Positions 11,401 through 20,083 of a stretch of 64,000 bases of DNA are shown in pieces; position 1 is the stretch's first letter, and the number at the start of each line of letters is the position of its first letter. The DNA comes from a virus. Below the pieces are notes generated by a model. The model saw only the letters and a list, made by a program, of their open reading frames with translations. It did no database searches and was not told the origin of the DNA. The position numbers and the translations under genes were made by a program. The stretch lies in the IMG/VR virus record IMGVR_UViG_3300017917_002116, positions 51,421 to 115,420 of that record, one strand, 5' to 3'.

Positions 11401-12594
11401 ACAAGCATTGCTGGCACAGCAAACCAAATTACTGCAAGTGCTAGCACAGGTAGCGTAACACTAAGCCTACCAAGTAGCGTTACAATGCCTGGTGATCTAA
11501 CAGTTACAGGTAACTTAACAGTTAGCGGTACAACTACAACAGTAAGTTCTACAACATTAAGTGTTGCAGATAAGAACATTGAACTTGCTAAAGGTAGTTC
11601 AACAGACGCGGCAGCAGATGGTGGCGGTATCACATTAATTGGTACCACAAACAAGACCTTCAACTGGGTTAACAGTACAGGTGCTTGGACAAGCAGTGAA
11701 CATATTGCTACAGCAGCCGGCAAGTATCATATTTTTGCTGGTTCTACAAGCGGAACAACTAATGTCCAAGCCAGTGCAACTGCTAGCGGTACATTAACAT
11801 TACCAGCTGCTACAGATACGCTAGTTGGTAAGGCCACAACAGATACACTAACCAACAAGACAATTGCTGCTGGTTCAAACACAATTACTGGTTTGACAAA
11901 CAGCAACTTGAGTGGTACTGCTGGTATTACTAATGCTAACCTAGCCAACAGCACAATTTCTGGCGTAGCACTAGGTAGCAACTTGAACACATTGACACTA
12001 GCTACATCTGGTACAGGTCTAAGTGGTTCTGCTACTTACAACGGTTCCGGTGCAACTACATTCACTGTAACAAGTAACGCAACCAGTGCTAACACAGCAA
12101 GCACAGTAGTTGCTCGTGATGCTAGCGGTAACTTCAGTGCTGGTACTATTACTGCTACCCTAACAGGTACAGCAACAGGTCTAGCAGGCACACCAAACAT
12201 CACAGTTGGTACAATTACATCTGGCGCTATTGCAGCCACTGGTGCAATTACTGCTACTGGTGATATTACAGCTTACTTCTCTGACTTGAGACTGAAGACA
12301 AACATTGTTCCAATCGCTGATGCACTTGCAAAAGTCGAAGCATTGAATGGTGTTGAATTCGATCCTAACGAGACAGCTCTTGGTCTTGGTGTTGACAACA
12401 AACACCAGATCGGTGTTATCGCTCAAGAAGTTGAAGCAGTTGCACCAGAATTGGTTGTTGATAGTGCGATCGCTGGCTATAAGACAGTTAAGTATGACAA
12501 GCTAACAGCATTGTTGATCGAAGCTGTCAAAGAGTTGAGTGCTAAAGTGAAGACACTAGAAGCACAGTTGGGTGGTACTACTCCCCAGCTATAA
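8407..12594 (+). CDS. Long tail fibre/spike with C-terminal intramolecular chaperone (peptidase S74)
   Basis: N-terminal IILKRSATPGKVPT..LALGEIAINT.DG. C-terminal SDLRLKTNI...GVIAQEV...VKYDKLTALLIEAVKEL coiled coil. GATAAATA at 8341 and SD GGAG. Confidence 0.9.
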   Translation: MANTIILKRSATPGKVPTTAQLALGEIAINTHDGLIYIKKDNGTPSVVQIGGVTSVNGETGAVTIDTGDITENGNLFFTNARARSALSAGTGISYNSGTGAISTSQNLSTAGSPTFAGLTLTGGISSIAGSIIPSADVTYDLGSSSKQWKDIYVGPGSLYVNGSKVLQDDTGTISFSADTDQNIRIKTLGTGILQLGSSSTILQVDSTLQITSGKNITDSSGIKVNFGDNIEMNGNKVIGLGAPSSANDAATKTYVDTQVAAISTSSISQGNSNVTVTDTGTGTVTVTVDGSTALTVDATGVTVAGNFTVSGTQTVVNSNTINLADNIITLNSDHTGAPSQNAGILVERGDEADVQLRWNEGSDKWTFTNDGAVYYPMAVSTTDLAEGTNLYYTDTRARGAVSATSATGISYNSATGTFSLGSIPNSSLSNNSITINGTSVALGGTRTLDTDAVSEGSTNLYHTTTRARSAVSAGTGISYNSTTGVISTSAIPNASLSNSSVTVGSTSISLGASSTTLAGLTSVTSTSFIGALTGNADTATSAGKWTTGRTITLGGDLTGSVSIDGSANVTLTATVAANSVALGTDTTGNYMSDVTAGTGISVSHTAGEGSTATISIDTGTTVDKTTAQTLTNKSLSDSTTYFIDETDGTKKLQFQLSGITTATTRTLTVPDVSGTIITTGDTGTVTNAMLAGSIANAKLANSTISGKALGTNLDALTIGTGLSGTSYNGSSAVTIAIDSTVATLTGTQTLTNKTLGATTISGHLTPSVDVTYDLGDATHRFRDLYLSGSTIKLGSATISASGSGVAMSSVVLSGSTSGTVTLSAPAVAGTTAITVPATAGTLVTTGDTGTVTNTMLAGSIANAKLANSSVTVGTTAISLGSSSTTLAGMTGITFSGSTSGTAQIVPAAVAGSGTVLTLPAATGTLATLAGTETLTNKTIAAGSNTISGLTNSNLSGTAGITNANLANSSVTVTAGTGLSGGGSVALGSSVTLTNAGVTSIAGTANQITASASTGSVTLSLPSSVTMPGDLTVTGNLTVSGTTTTVSSTTLSVADKNIELAKGSSTDAAADGGGITLIGTTNKTFNWVNSTGAWTSSEHIATAAGKYHIFAGSTSGTTNVQASATASGTLTLPAATDTLVGKATTDTLTNKTIAAGSNTITGLTNSNLSGTAGITNANLANSTISGVALGSNLNTLTLATSGTGLSGSATYNGSGATTFTVTSNATSANTASTVVARDASGNFSAGTITATLTGTATGLAGTPNITVGTITSGAIAATGAITATGDITAYFSDLRLKTNIVPIADALAKVEALNGVEFDPNETALGLGVDNKHQIGVIAQEVEAVAPELVVDSAIAGYKTVKYDKLTALLIEAVKELSAKVKTLEAQLGGTTPQL

Positions 12595-12603
12595 TTTCCT
12601 GAA

Positions 12604-12629
12604 ATCGGATGGGACAACTCCCATCCGAT
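12604..12629 (+). other. 11-bp inverted repeat (hairpin without U-tract)
   Basis: ATCGGATGGGA-CAAC-TCCCATCCGAT immediately before late promoter GATAAATA. Confidence 0.7.
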
Positions 12630-12659
12630 CGGATAAATAAACGCATACAGGAGATTTAA

Positions 12660-12854
12660 ATGGCAGTTTTACCAGCAACAGGAACAGCAATCGTTATGGG
12701 TCGTGTTAAAGCGGCTTATACAAACGTTGCGGCCGCCGCAGGACAAAACATTGCTCTAAGTGGTACAATGGCTTCATATTTAGGTCAGGCATCTGCTACT
12801 CAGATCAGTTTAAGTGCTAAATTCGGTGGACGAAACGCACCATATACATACTAA
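12660..12854 (+). CDS. Small fibre-associated virion protein
   Basis: Strong SD AGGAG and late promoter. MAVLPATG..I.M..V motif typical of small proteins that follow S74 fibres. Confidence 0.7.
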   Translation: MAVLPATGTAIVMGRVKAAYTNVAAAAGQNIALSGTMASYLGQASATQISLSAKFGGRNAPYTY

Positions 12855-12906
12855 TCAAACTAAGAATTAACACAATAAATACCTCAACTAATGTTGGGGT
12901 ATTTTT

Positions 12907-13509
12907 ATGGCTAAAAGAAAAATGGAAGTCACATCAACGGTGGACAGGGCTACTCAATTCAAAGATTTGTTTGAAGCATGTCCTTATGTGTTGATCAGTA
13001 AATTTGAACAGGAAAATTTTAATGCAACATCTGGTGCTGGTTTAGCCAGACACATTATTAATTCTATTAATCGAATAAGAAAATTAGAAAGTGATTTAGA
13101 ATTAGAAACCAGACGATTTGAACGCAAATGTATCGAGCAAGAATTAGATATTTTATATTCTTGGCTTGAGTCACAGGATCCAAATAGCATCAAAAATTCT
13201 GTAGATGGTTGGCAGTCTATAGAAAGAGAGTATTGGATCAATACTCTAGGTAAACAGGCCGCCATCGAACTTATTACTCTTGGTAGAACAAGTCCAGAAA
13301 CAATGAGCAAAATGGTCAAACTACCAGAAGACATGTATATTAAAGTAACGCAAATTTGTGTTAGATTGGCAAATACAATCAAAGAAACCACAGTACGTGC
13401 AGAGCAGGAAATAGGCATCGTTGCCCCGGCACCCGAGGACTCAGCTGAACAAACCCCAGATCCAGCACCTACTGGTCCAAAGAAAATTAACCTTAAAAAA
13501 GTTAAATGA
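12907..13509 (+). CDS. Hypothetical helical/coiled-coil protein
   Basis: 200-aa ORF after a late promoter; overlaps the next gene. Confidence 0.75.
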   Translation: MAKRKMEVTSTVDRATQFKDLFEACPYVLISKFEQENFNATSGAGLARHIINSINRIRKLESDLELETRRFERKCIEQELDILYSWLESQDPNSIKNSVDGWQSIEREYWINTLGKQAAIELITLGRTSPETMSKMVKLPEDMYIKVTQICVRLANTIKETTVRAEQEIGIVAPAPEDSAEQTPDPAPTGPKKINLKKVK

Positions 13510-14150
13510 GTTTCATTGACGGCCTGGTTAAAAATATATCCTCGACAAGACTGGCGGTATGCATTCCTGCAAGGGATATGATGCATACCGCAACCACCTA
13601 TTGCCTTTGGCAATTGGCAGAGTTGTTAAAAACTCAGGGTATTGAATCTAGACTTTTCATAAGTCCAGGCACATTAATAGCCAATCAGAGACACGAACTT
13701 GTTCTCTCCGCAATGGACTGGAAAGCCACACATGTTTTATTCATTGACAGTGACATAGAATTCGAACCAGGCGCAGTGCTAACACTGTTGAAGCATAAAA
13801 AAGATATCGTAGCAGGCTGTTATAGTCAAAGGCAAGAACCCTTCGTTAATACAGCCTGGAGCAATATCGGCGTCTGGGATACATGGATTCGTATCAATAA
13901 AGAATCTACAGGATTGATGCCTATAGAAGCAGTTGCTCTTGGTTTCTGCCTAATAGACATAACAGTGTTCGATAAAATAGATGATCCCTGGTTTCAATTA
14001 GGTTATATGAACGGGCAGTACACAGGTGAAGATATAGAATTTTGTAGAAACGCCATATCTAATAATATAAAAATACATCTAGATCTAGATGTCAGTAAAC
14101 GGCTGATACATCTTGGTACGCGGGGATTCAGAGTAATTGGCGATGATTAA
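13506..14150 (+). CDS. Glycosyltransferase (GT-A/GT2 fold)
   Basis: AVCIPA, HVLFIDSDI (DxD), GFCLI, TGEDIEFC and H-x-G motifs. Confidence 0.85.
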   Translation: MSFIDGLVKNISSTRLAVCIPARDMMHTATTYCLWQLAELLKTQGIESRLFISPGTLIANQRHELVLSAMDWKATHVLFIDSDIEFEPGAVLTLLKHKKDIVAGCYSQRQEPFVNTAWSNIGVWDTWIRINKESTGLMPIEAVALGFCLIDITVFDKIDDPWFQLGYMNGQYTGEDIEFCRNAISNNIKIHLDLDVSKRLIHLGTRGFRVIGDD

Positions 14151-14511
14151 TAAGACTCTGCCACTTATTTTTCCACTTGGTTAATTTAGTAATATTATAG
14201 CTAGTACTAAAGAAACTGCTATAATCATTGAAAGTATTCTGTATACATAAATCTTTTTCAGTGGCATCTAATAAAAGATTTAATGTGTTGTCTTTTTTGT
14301 CTAATAGTAATCTAATTAGTGGGTGGTCTACTTCTTCAACATTTAACAAATGCGTAGTCTGCAAATACCATCTTTCTACGTAACATACTTCTTCTTTGAA
14401 TAGGCTATTGAGCAGTGGGTTATTGAGCCGTTGATCCCAACAAAAATGCAGATCTACAGATCGAACTGATTTATGATTTTTCCTCGGTAGTTGTATTATT
14501 TCTGCTGCCAT
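14128..14511 (-). CDS. Hypothetical protein
   Basis: 127-aa ORF coupled to the NUDIX gene. Confidence 0.65.
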   Translation of the reverse strand: MAAEIIQLPRKNHKSVRSVDLHFCWDQRLNNPLLNSLFKEEVCYVERWYLQTTHLLNVEEVDHPLIRLLLDKKDNTLNLLLDATEKDLCIQNTFNDYSSFFSTSYNITKLTKWKNKWQSLINHRQLL

Positions 14512-14959
14512 TTTTCTTATCTACCCATTGATAAAAGTTCTTAAATTTATCAATAAGCCTACTGGATGAAATCATTTGCCTTGTTTTAGGATGCAATGGC
14601 GTAGGCAGACTATTAATGTCAGTCCAGGCATAACCACTGTTTTCCCAATTTAGCTCGGGCGTAAATTCTTTATTAACCAAAACAATATAAGTTTCGTAGA
14701 CAAAATCTTTTGTTCTACTTTGATATCTGTGTAGTGGGGATATCTTTTTTATTTTAGTTAATTGTAATTCTTCTTTCAACTCTCTGTGCAAGGCGTCGCT
14801 CATGCTTTCGTTATCATCTACCCTGCCGCCGGCAAATGTCCATGTATTAGGATGGCTTTCGCGTGGACTGCGTAAAACAGTCATGACTCTGCCTGTTTCT
14901 TCACTGACAATAATAGCACCGACGCCCTGAAACTGTTTCACAGATACAATCTCCACCAA
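14471..14959 (-). CDS. NUDIX hydrolase
   Basis: Nudix box GGRVDDNESMSDALHRELKEEL. Confidence 0.9.
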   Translation of the reverse strand: MVEIVSVKQFQGVGAIIVSEETGRVMTVLRSPRESHPNTWTFAGGRVDDNESMSDALHRELKEELQLTKIKKISPLHRYQSRTKDFVYETYIVLVNKEFTPELNWENSGYAWTDINSLPTPLHPKTRQMISSSRLIDKFKNFYQWVDKKNGSRNNTTTEEKS

Positions 14960-16290
14960 CCGTTCCTATATGTACCTTCGTAAGCACTGATCCACTGGCC
15001 ATAACGCCATTCATATATAAGTCCGTTGCTAATATTTAATACCGAGGCACTATTAGTTGCTGTGTGATCGAAACTTACGATCCAATTGGCGCCGTTGTAT
15101 TCTATGATATCATTAGCATTAGCACCTAGTATGCCCCAGTTGGCAACTGCGGGTACGTCTTCTAATACTAGATATCTTTGACCTAGAGCAGCGGCAGGAA
15201 GGTTACGTCCAGGAGCGGACTTGGTTGGGTCTATAACAGCCGTAACTGCTGGCAATGTTGTGCCAGGTAATGTATTTTCATCTACATCAATGATCAGCTG
15301 ATCTGGATGGGCTGGATCTATACTAACAATAACAGCAATGATGTCATTTGTGCTGTCAGCAGGGTCATCGCCTCTGCGTAATCTTAGATTGCTAATACCC
15401 GGTCTCAACTCTCCAAAAGGCTTTAACTTTTCTTCCCAGGTTAATGGGTTGCCTTGATCGTCAACATTGTCTCCTGATCTACTCAATAATATTGCTCGAT
15501 CTCCTTCTATTTTTACCTGAAGATGCAGATCCTCAAATGTAACTATTACCCATTGTTTGTTTGGTATTGGATCAGTAGGATTCCAATCAACAATGTCAGG
15601 TCCCTTCATCTTTTTAATTTCGTTAAGAATAGTATGAATAAGAACTTGTCTCTTGACCTTGGCAGGAGGATTCAAGAATATAGGCAGGCTAAAATTCAAT
15701 GCTGCAACATCGATGATGTCATCTGTACCCTGCGGCACTTGACGCACACTCCATACTACGTTTACAATTTCTGCATAGGTTAAGTTAGTCCAGTCAAACG
15801 GATTGTCATTGGTCTTAAGGTTAATACTTGGGTTGAACAGGACCAATAACTGTTCCATCAACTGTAGTTTTTGCTCAGTATTGCTAGTCCAGATATCCAC
15901 TTGTACAGTTAGATCGTAGGGAACAGGCATATAACGTTCAATGGTATATGTGTTTCCTATTTCGCCTTCTATATAATCGCCGGTTGTGGGATCAACCTTC
16001 TTTTCGTATACCTGTACCTTATTAACGTGTGTGGGATTATGTCTACGCTCGGCATTTATTTGCAAATCAGTTACATAGACACTGATAAACGGTACAGTGT
16101 TGATAGCGTTCTCGCTCTGATTTTTCATAATGTGACCGGCCATGCGATTAATATCACCGTAACGAACGGGAACCTGTAGATATGATTCTACACCATCTCG
16201 ATCCTTTCCTGTCTTAACACTGAACCCACCCAACAGTCGCATGAACTGTGTTAGATATCGCCTTATCTGATTATCATAAAAATATTGCAT
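14938..16290 (-). CDS. gp15: Tail terminator / sheath stabilizer (T4 gp15-like) with C-terminal extension
   Basis: MQYFYDNQIRRY...VPVRYG...PVPYDL...QLMEQLLVLFNPS; adjacent to gp14. Confidence 0.8.
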   Translation of the reverse strand: MQYFYDNQIRRYLTQFMRLLGGFSVKTGKDRDGVESYLQVPVRYGDINRMAGHIMKNQSENAINTVPFISVYVTDLQINAERRHNPTHVNKVQVYEKKVDPTTGDYIEGEIGNTYTIERYMPVPYDLTVQVDIWTSNTEQKLQLMEQLLVLFNPSINLKTNDNPFDWTNLTYAEIVNVVWSVRQVPQGTDDIIDVAALNFSLPIFLNPPAKVKRQVLIHTILNEIKKMKGPDIVDWNPTDPIPNKQWVIVTFEDLHLQVKIEGDRAILLSRSGDNVDDQGNPLTWEEKLKPFGELRPGISNLRLRRGDDPADSTNDIIAVIVSIDPAHPDQLIIDVDENTLPGTTLPAVTAVIDPTKSAPGRNLPAAALGQRYLVLEDVPAVANWGILGANANDIIEYNGANWIVSFDHTATNSASVLNISNGLIYEWRYGQWISAYEGTYRNGWWRLYL

Positions 16291-17336
16291 TACTTGTCTG
16301 CCTTGGGTCTAATAACTTGGCTAAGAGCCTGCTTCTCCGGCATTTCTTTGTTGCCTATCACTGTAGTATTATTGTTATTAATAAATGGTGCGGCGTTGAG
16401 CACTCGATCTCTAACATCAATTGGTCCGTCTTGAACACTGACACGCTGCCAACGTGTGCCACGATATACAAACAATGCGTTTGGGGTATAATCTGTACGC
16501 ATAAAGAAGTCGCCCTGATGTGGTGTTAATGGAAAACTCAAACCAGTTGGTATTGGCTCACCATGATTGTATTTTTCATAATCAGATCTTTGATAATTCT
16601 TTGTTGTATCTTGTATGATATTTTTAGTTTCATCTAGCAATGTTGGGGCTAGTCTTTCGCCCTGCTCAACAATTGAATTGCTTATCTGAAGTTCTCTCTG
16701 ATAGGTGCTTAGTGCGTCCTTGAGAGTATCAACACCATTGTCTGCTTTTTGTTGTAGTATGTCTCTATATTCTTGAGCATCAGTCATTGGGCTGGCCTTG
16801 ATGCGCCATATGTGCGGGTACCAGGTCTGACTGAAACCCTCGGCAGCACGGCTAGCATCCTGTACAACATAAAATTTATTCACAGCAGGTTTAGTCTGAT
16901 CTAACAGCAAATCATCTCTAACGTGAGGTAGCTCAATAACGTCGCCCGCCATTAATTTTCTGCCCATGCGCTCTACCATGTCATTGGTATGGAAACTTAC
17001 AAAAATTGTATCAGCACTTAGGAACAAACCAAACTGAGTTAGGTCAAAGTCCTGATCACCCACGTTGTAGACGCCGCGAAGTTCGTAGACATCGGGATCA
17101 TATATACGATCTCTATTTTCCAGGAACAGCAGATCCTGTATTTTGGTTTCATCAAGCATGTCATCAGCCGCATAATGTGGCTGAGTAGCATCTGACTTAT
17201 CGCCCTGGTCCGCGGGTTTGAGATATTTGTGTACTAGTACCGCAGTACCACCTACTAGAAACTGCTCACGAATAACCTTGTCCATGAAATGGAAGTCATT
17301 GGTCTTTTCGTTTCTCCATAAACTTAGTCTTGGCAT
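16290..17336 (-). CDS. gp14: Neck protein (T4 gp14-like)
   Basis: LFLENRDR.Y, LTQFGLF..D, GDVIELP motifs; late promoter GTAAATA on the minus strand. Confidence 0.75.
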   Translation of the reverse strand: MPRLSLWRNEKTNDFHFMDKVIREQFLVGGTAVLVHKYLKPADQGDKSDATQPHYAADDMLDETKIQDLLFLENRDRIYDPDVYELRGVYNVGDQDFDLTQFGLFLSADTIFVSFHTNDMVERMGRKLMAGDVIELPHVRDDLLLDQTKPAVNKFYVVQDASRAAEGFSQTWYPHIWRIKASPMTDAQEYRDILQQKADNGVDTLKDALSTYQRELQISNSIVEQGERLAPTLLDETKNIIQDTTKNYQRSDYEKYNHGEPIPTGLSFPLTPHQGDFFMRTDYTPNALFVYRGTRWQRVSVQDGPIDVRDRVLNAAPFINNNNTTVIGNKEMPEKQALSQVIRPKADK

Positions 17337-17402
17337 AATATATTATTTACCTTTACCTAGGCCAGATGCCTAAAACCACAGTACACCATAAAAACCCGTA
17401 AA

Positions 17403-17431
17403 TAGACAAAAAATCGTAGACGTCGTATACT
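17403..17431 (+). promoter_or_regulatory. Early sigma70-like promoter
   Basis: TAGACA-N17-TATACT with an upstream A-tract. Confidence 0.75.
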
Positions 17432-17458
17432 AGAAGTCTTGCAACTAGGAGATCTTAA

Positions 17459-17647
17459 ATGACTCTGCTTTCCGATCTTAGCGACTTTATCGAAGCTTGT
17501 AAGACTTTGGATAACTACGACATTTTTGACTTGTTCGAAGATGGATGTACCGAAGAACTGCGCGAACTAATTTACGCATTCGGAGATCCGGACTGCTACG
17601 AACCTTTCCGCGATGCTATGTATAATCTTGGGTTTGTAGACTTCTAA
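17459..17647 (+). CDS. Small acidic early protein
   Basis: SD AGGAG and its own promoter. Confidence 0.75.
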   Translation: MTLLSDLSDFIEACKTLDNYDIFDLFEDGCTEELRELIYAFGDPDCYEPFRDAMYNLGFVDF

Positions 17648-17654
17648 CTAGGTT

Positions 17655-17686
17655 AGTACTCACTGACGTCAATGTCAGTGAGTACT
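17655..17686. repeat. Perfect 13-bp inverted repeat
   Basis: AGTACTCACTGAC-gtcaat-GTCAGTGAGTACT. Confidence 0.85.
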
Positions 17687-17706
17687 GACTCAAAAATACC
17701 CAATAA

Positions 17707-17735
17707 TTGACAGAAAATCGGGTTTAGTGTATCAT
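17707..17735 (+). promoter_or_regulatory. Early sigma70-like promoter
   Basis: TTGACA-N17-TATCAT. Confidence 0.8.
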
Positions 17736-17763
17736 TATGATACTTTAAAAATTGGAGTAGCGC

Positions 17764-18099
17764 ATGAAAGCTCTTGAGCTAGAAACTAAAGATGCAGGAT
17801 TTTTCAAAGTAGCCGCTTATCTTGATGCTCGAATGAAGAGTCTCGCGGCGTCCTCGCACTACAGTGATGTAGAAAAAATTCGTGCAGAACGCATGCGTCT
17901 AGCACTCAATGAAGTGTATTCTGCGAAGTGTGTATATGTAACATTTCGTAAGAAGTTTATCGTTGTCAAGCTCGACAGTCCCACTATTCGGGATCGCAAA
18001 AATCTGCGTCTGCTTGAGCAGGATTACGAGTCTGAGGGTATAACTAAAGTGTCGACAGCCCAAGGTATCACATACCGCATACCCAAAAATACTCAATAA
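17764..18099 (+). CDS. Hypothetical early protein
   Basis: SD GGAG and its own promoter. Confidence 0.75.
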   Translation: MKALELETKDAGFFKVAAYLDARMKSLAASSHYSDVEKIRAERMRLALNEVYSAKCVYVTFRKKFIVVKLDSPTIRDRKNLRLLEQDYESEGITKVSTAQGITYRIPKNTQ

Positions 18100-18128
18100 T
18101 TGACGAAAAATACCGGTTCTGTTATACT
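18100..18128 (+). promoter_or_regulatory. Early sigma70-like promoter (extended -10)
   Basis: TTGACG-N17-TATACT with TGn before the -10. Confidence 0.85.
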
Positions 18129-18158
18129 AACAGTATTGTAAACACTACGGAGCACGAA

Positions 18159-18428
18159 ATGGCTACTGCGATCTACGAAGCGCTCACTGAGCAACAGAAA
18201 CGCGAAGTGCGTATGTACGGCTGTACCGAAGCCGAAATGCGCGAAGCTGTCGAAGAAAGCCTGACCTTTCGCTTTTCGGGTCCTGCTATGTATGCGGCTA
18301 GCATCATGAGCGACTGCCAAGAAATGTTGGCCTATCGCGACGCAGACGCAATGATCCGCGAAGATGTGCGCCAAGCTCTGAATCGTGCTAAGTGGATTTT
18401 GTTCACTTATGTCATGGAATCCAAGTAA
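18159..18428 (+). CDS. Hypothetical early protein
   Basis: SD GGAG; host-like codon usage. Confidence 0.8.
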   Translation: MATAIYEALTEQQKREVRMYGCTEAEMREAVEESLTFRFSGPAMYAASIMSDCQEMLAYRDADAMIREDVRQALNRAKWILFTYVMESK

Positions 18429-18442
18429 TAGGAGAGACTGTT

Positions 18443-18643
18443 ATGCCCAGCATGAGTTATTGTGTGTGCGAAAACACTAGTTCAGATATGAGCCAGATTC
18501 TGAGTCGCATGTTTGAACGCGGCCGCGATTATGTGGAAGGTATGAACTCTTACGAGCGAGAAGCCTACCACGCACTCTACGAACAGTGCCGTGAATTTAT
18601 GACACTGTACAAAGAAATTGATGAGGAAGTGGCAGAAGAATGA
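18443..18643 (+). CDS. Small early protein (MPSMSYCVCENT..., MSYCRFENT-like phage family)
   Basis: SD GGAGAG at 18431 supports the start at 18443 within track ORF 18392..18643. Confidence 0.7.
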   Translation: MPSMSYCVCENTSSDMSQILSRMFERGRDYVEGMNSYEREAYHALYEQCREFMTLYKEIDEEVAEE

Positions 18644-18870
18644 TCACAGTAGATACCTTGCGTAACTGCGCCTGGCTGAACAGCCTGACCCTGGAAGCTC
18701 TGATTCGAGAAAAGTATCCCAAGGATTCAGTTATCTCTTCTGAGTTTCTTGGTATTACAAATGGCGGCCAGTTCTGCTATAATATCGCATTTCCCGGAGA
18801 AGAAGGCATGGATTATGCCAAGCTCTATGTCTGGGAAGATGTCAACGGAAAGGTAGTGGCGGAGTATTAA
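18640..18870 (+). CDS. Hypothetical early protein
   Basis: ATGA overlap with the upstream gene. Confidence 0.7.
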   Translation: MITVDTLRNCAWLNSLTLEALIREKYPKDSVISSEFLGITNGGQFCYNIAFPGEEGMDYAKLYVWEDVNGKVVAEY

Positions 18871-18871
18871 T

Positions 18872-20083
18872 ATGAAACGAACAGTAAAACAAATTGAACA
18901 CGGCAAGACTGCATGGCGATTTGCCGATCCAGTGAAGCCACTGCATAATCGAAATGTCGACGCTAAACAACTGGGTGATGAGCCGCAGTACCCCGACGTC
19001 AAAGTGCAAGATGAGTGGACTCACAGTGAGTACACTTCCAAACTGATGCGTAGTCTTAACTGGTATAACGCCACGCAGGATTACAAGACTTCTTATTCTT
19101 GGCTTAGCCAATTCCTAGAGCGTAATCCACGTAGGCATCTCCTGGCGGCCGCCATCAAGAGCGGTGACGTTCGAGTACCTCCTACTATTGGCTTTGCCCT
19201 ACGTGCCGGCCGAGTAGGCATGAAACTGCGATTCCAGACACTTAGGTCTGTGGTGCGTATCCTGCGAGAGTCACAGGTAGAAAAAGAAGCCAGTATCCTG
19301 TCACCTGCCAAGGAGAAAGCAGAACAGGAAGAAGTCAAAGTAAAAACACCCAACATCCAGGATCGTCTTGCAGAAAAGGCCCGTGAAGCCGCAGGTGAGA
19401 TCGAAGGACGTTTTGACGACTTTATCACCACCAATGAATTCAAAGGTGACCCCAAAGCCGTTGAAGTGTTGAGCCAGTTTAACGTGCAGCCTGCTCACGT
19501 TAAAACCATTCTGTCACTGGCAGATCGACGTCTTGCCGAGTATAATGAAGTACTTGCAGGCAAAGATGGACAACTGGTTGAAGCATACAGCCACTATGGC
19601 AAGCGTCAACTTAATGCTGTCGTCAAATGGTGGCAACAGGTCATTGCAGACTGCAATAGTTATGGTGTGATCAAGAAAGCCAGCAAGGCACCGCGTAAGA
19701 AGAAGGCAGTGCCTCCGGAAAAAGTCGTGAGCAAGATGAAATTCCTCAAGGAATTCGCCGAGCTCAAACTGAAGAGTATTGATGCCACGCAGATTCTGAC
19801 TGCACAAGAACTCTGGATCTATAACACAAAGACTCGCAAACTCGGCATCTACATTGTAGACCAATATGCAGGTGCACTGGGTGTCAAAGGCACAACCATC
19901 CTGGGCTTTGATGCGGTGGCAAGTGTGCAGAAGACTCTACGCAAACCTAAAGAACAACTCAAAGAGTGGGCCAGCAACGGCAAGCCCGCGGCAAAGAAAT
20001 GGTTTAAAGGTGTTAAAAGTGTGGAGACCAAGCTCAACGGCCGTATCAATGCGGATATGATCCTGCTGAAAGCCTACAAATGA
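18872..20083 (+). CDS. Hypothetical basic early protein (403 aa)
   Basis: SD GGAG; long ORF with a K-rich C-terminal domain. Confidence 0.8.
   Translation: MKRTVKQIEHGKTAWRFADPVKPLHNRNVDAKQLGDEPQYPDVKVQDEWTHSEYTSKLMRSLNWYNATQDYKTSYSWLSQFLERNPRRHLLAAAIKSGDVRVPPTIGFALRAGRVGMKLRFQTLRSVVRILRESQVEKEASILSPAKEKAEQEEVKVKTPNIQDRLAEKAREAAGEIEGRFDDFITTNEFKGDPKAVEVLSQFNVQPAHVKTILSLADRRLAEYNEVLAGKDGQLVEAYSHYGKRQLNAVVKWWQQVIADCNSYGVIKKASKAPRKKKAVPPEKVVSKMKFLKEFAELKLKSIDATQILTAQELWIYNTKTRKLGIYIVDQYAGALGVKGTTILGFDAVASVQKTLRKPKEQLKEWASNGKPAAKKWFKGVKSVETKLNGRINADMILLKAYK

Noticed and set aside
10722-11723. 333-aa minus-strand ORF, and similar ones at 184, 2686, 9843, 11727
   Set aside because: Antisense shadows of Thr/Ser/Gly-rich fibre genes with biased codons; no RBS or promoter.
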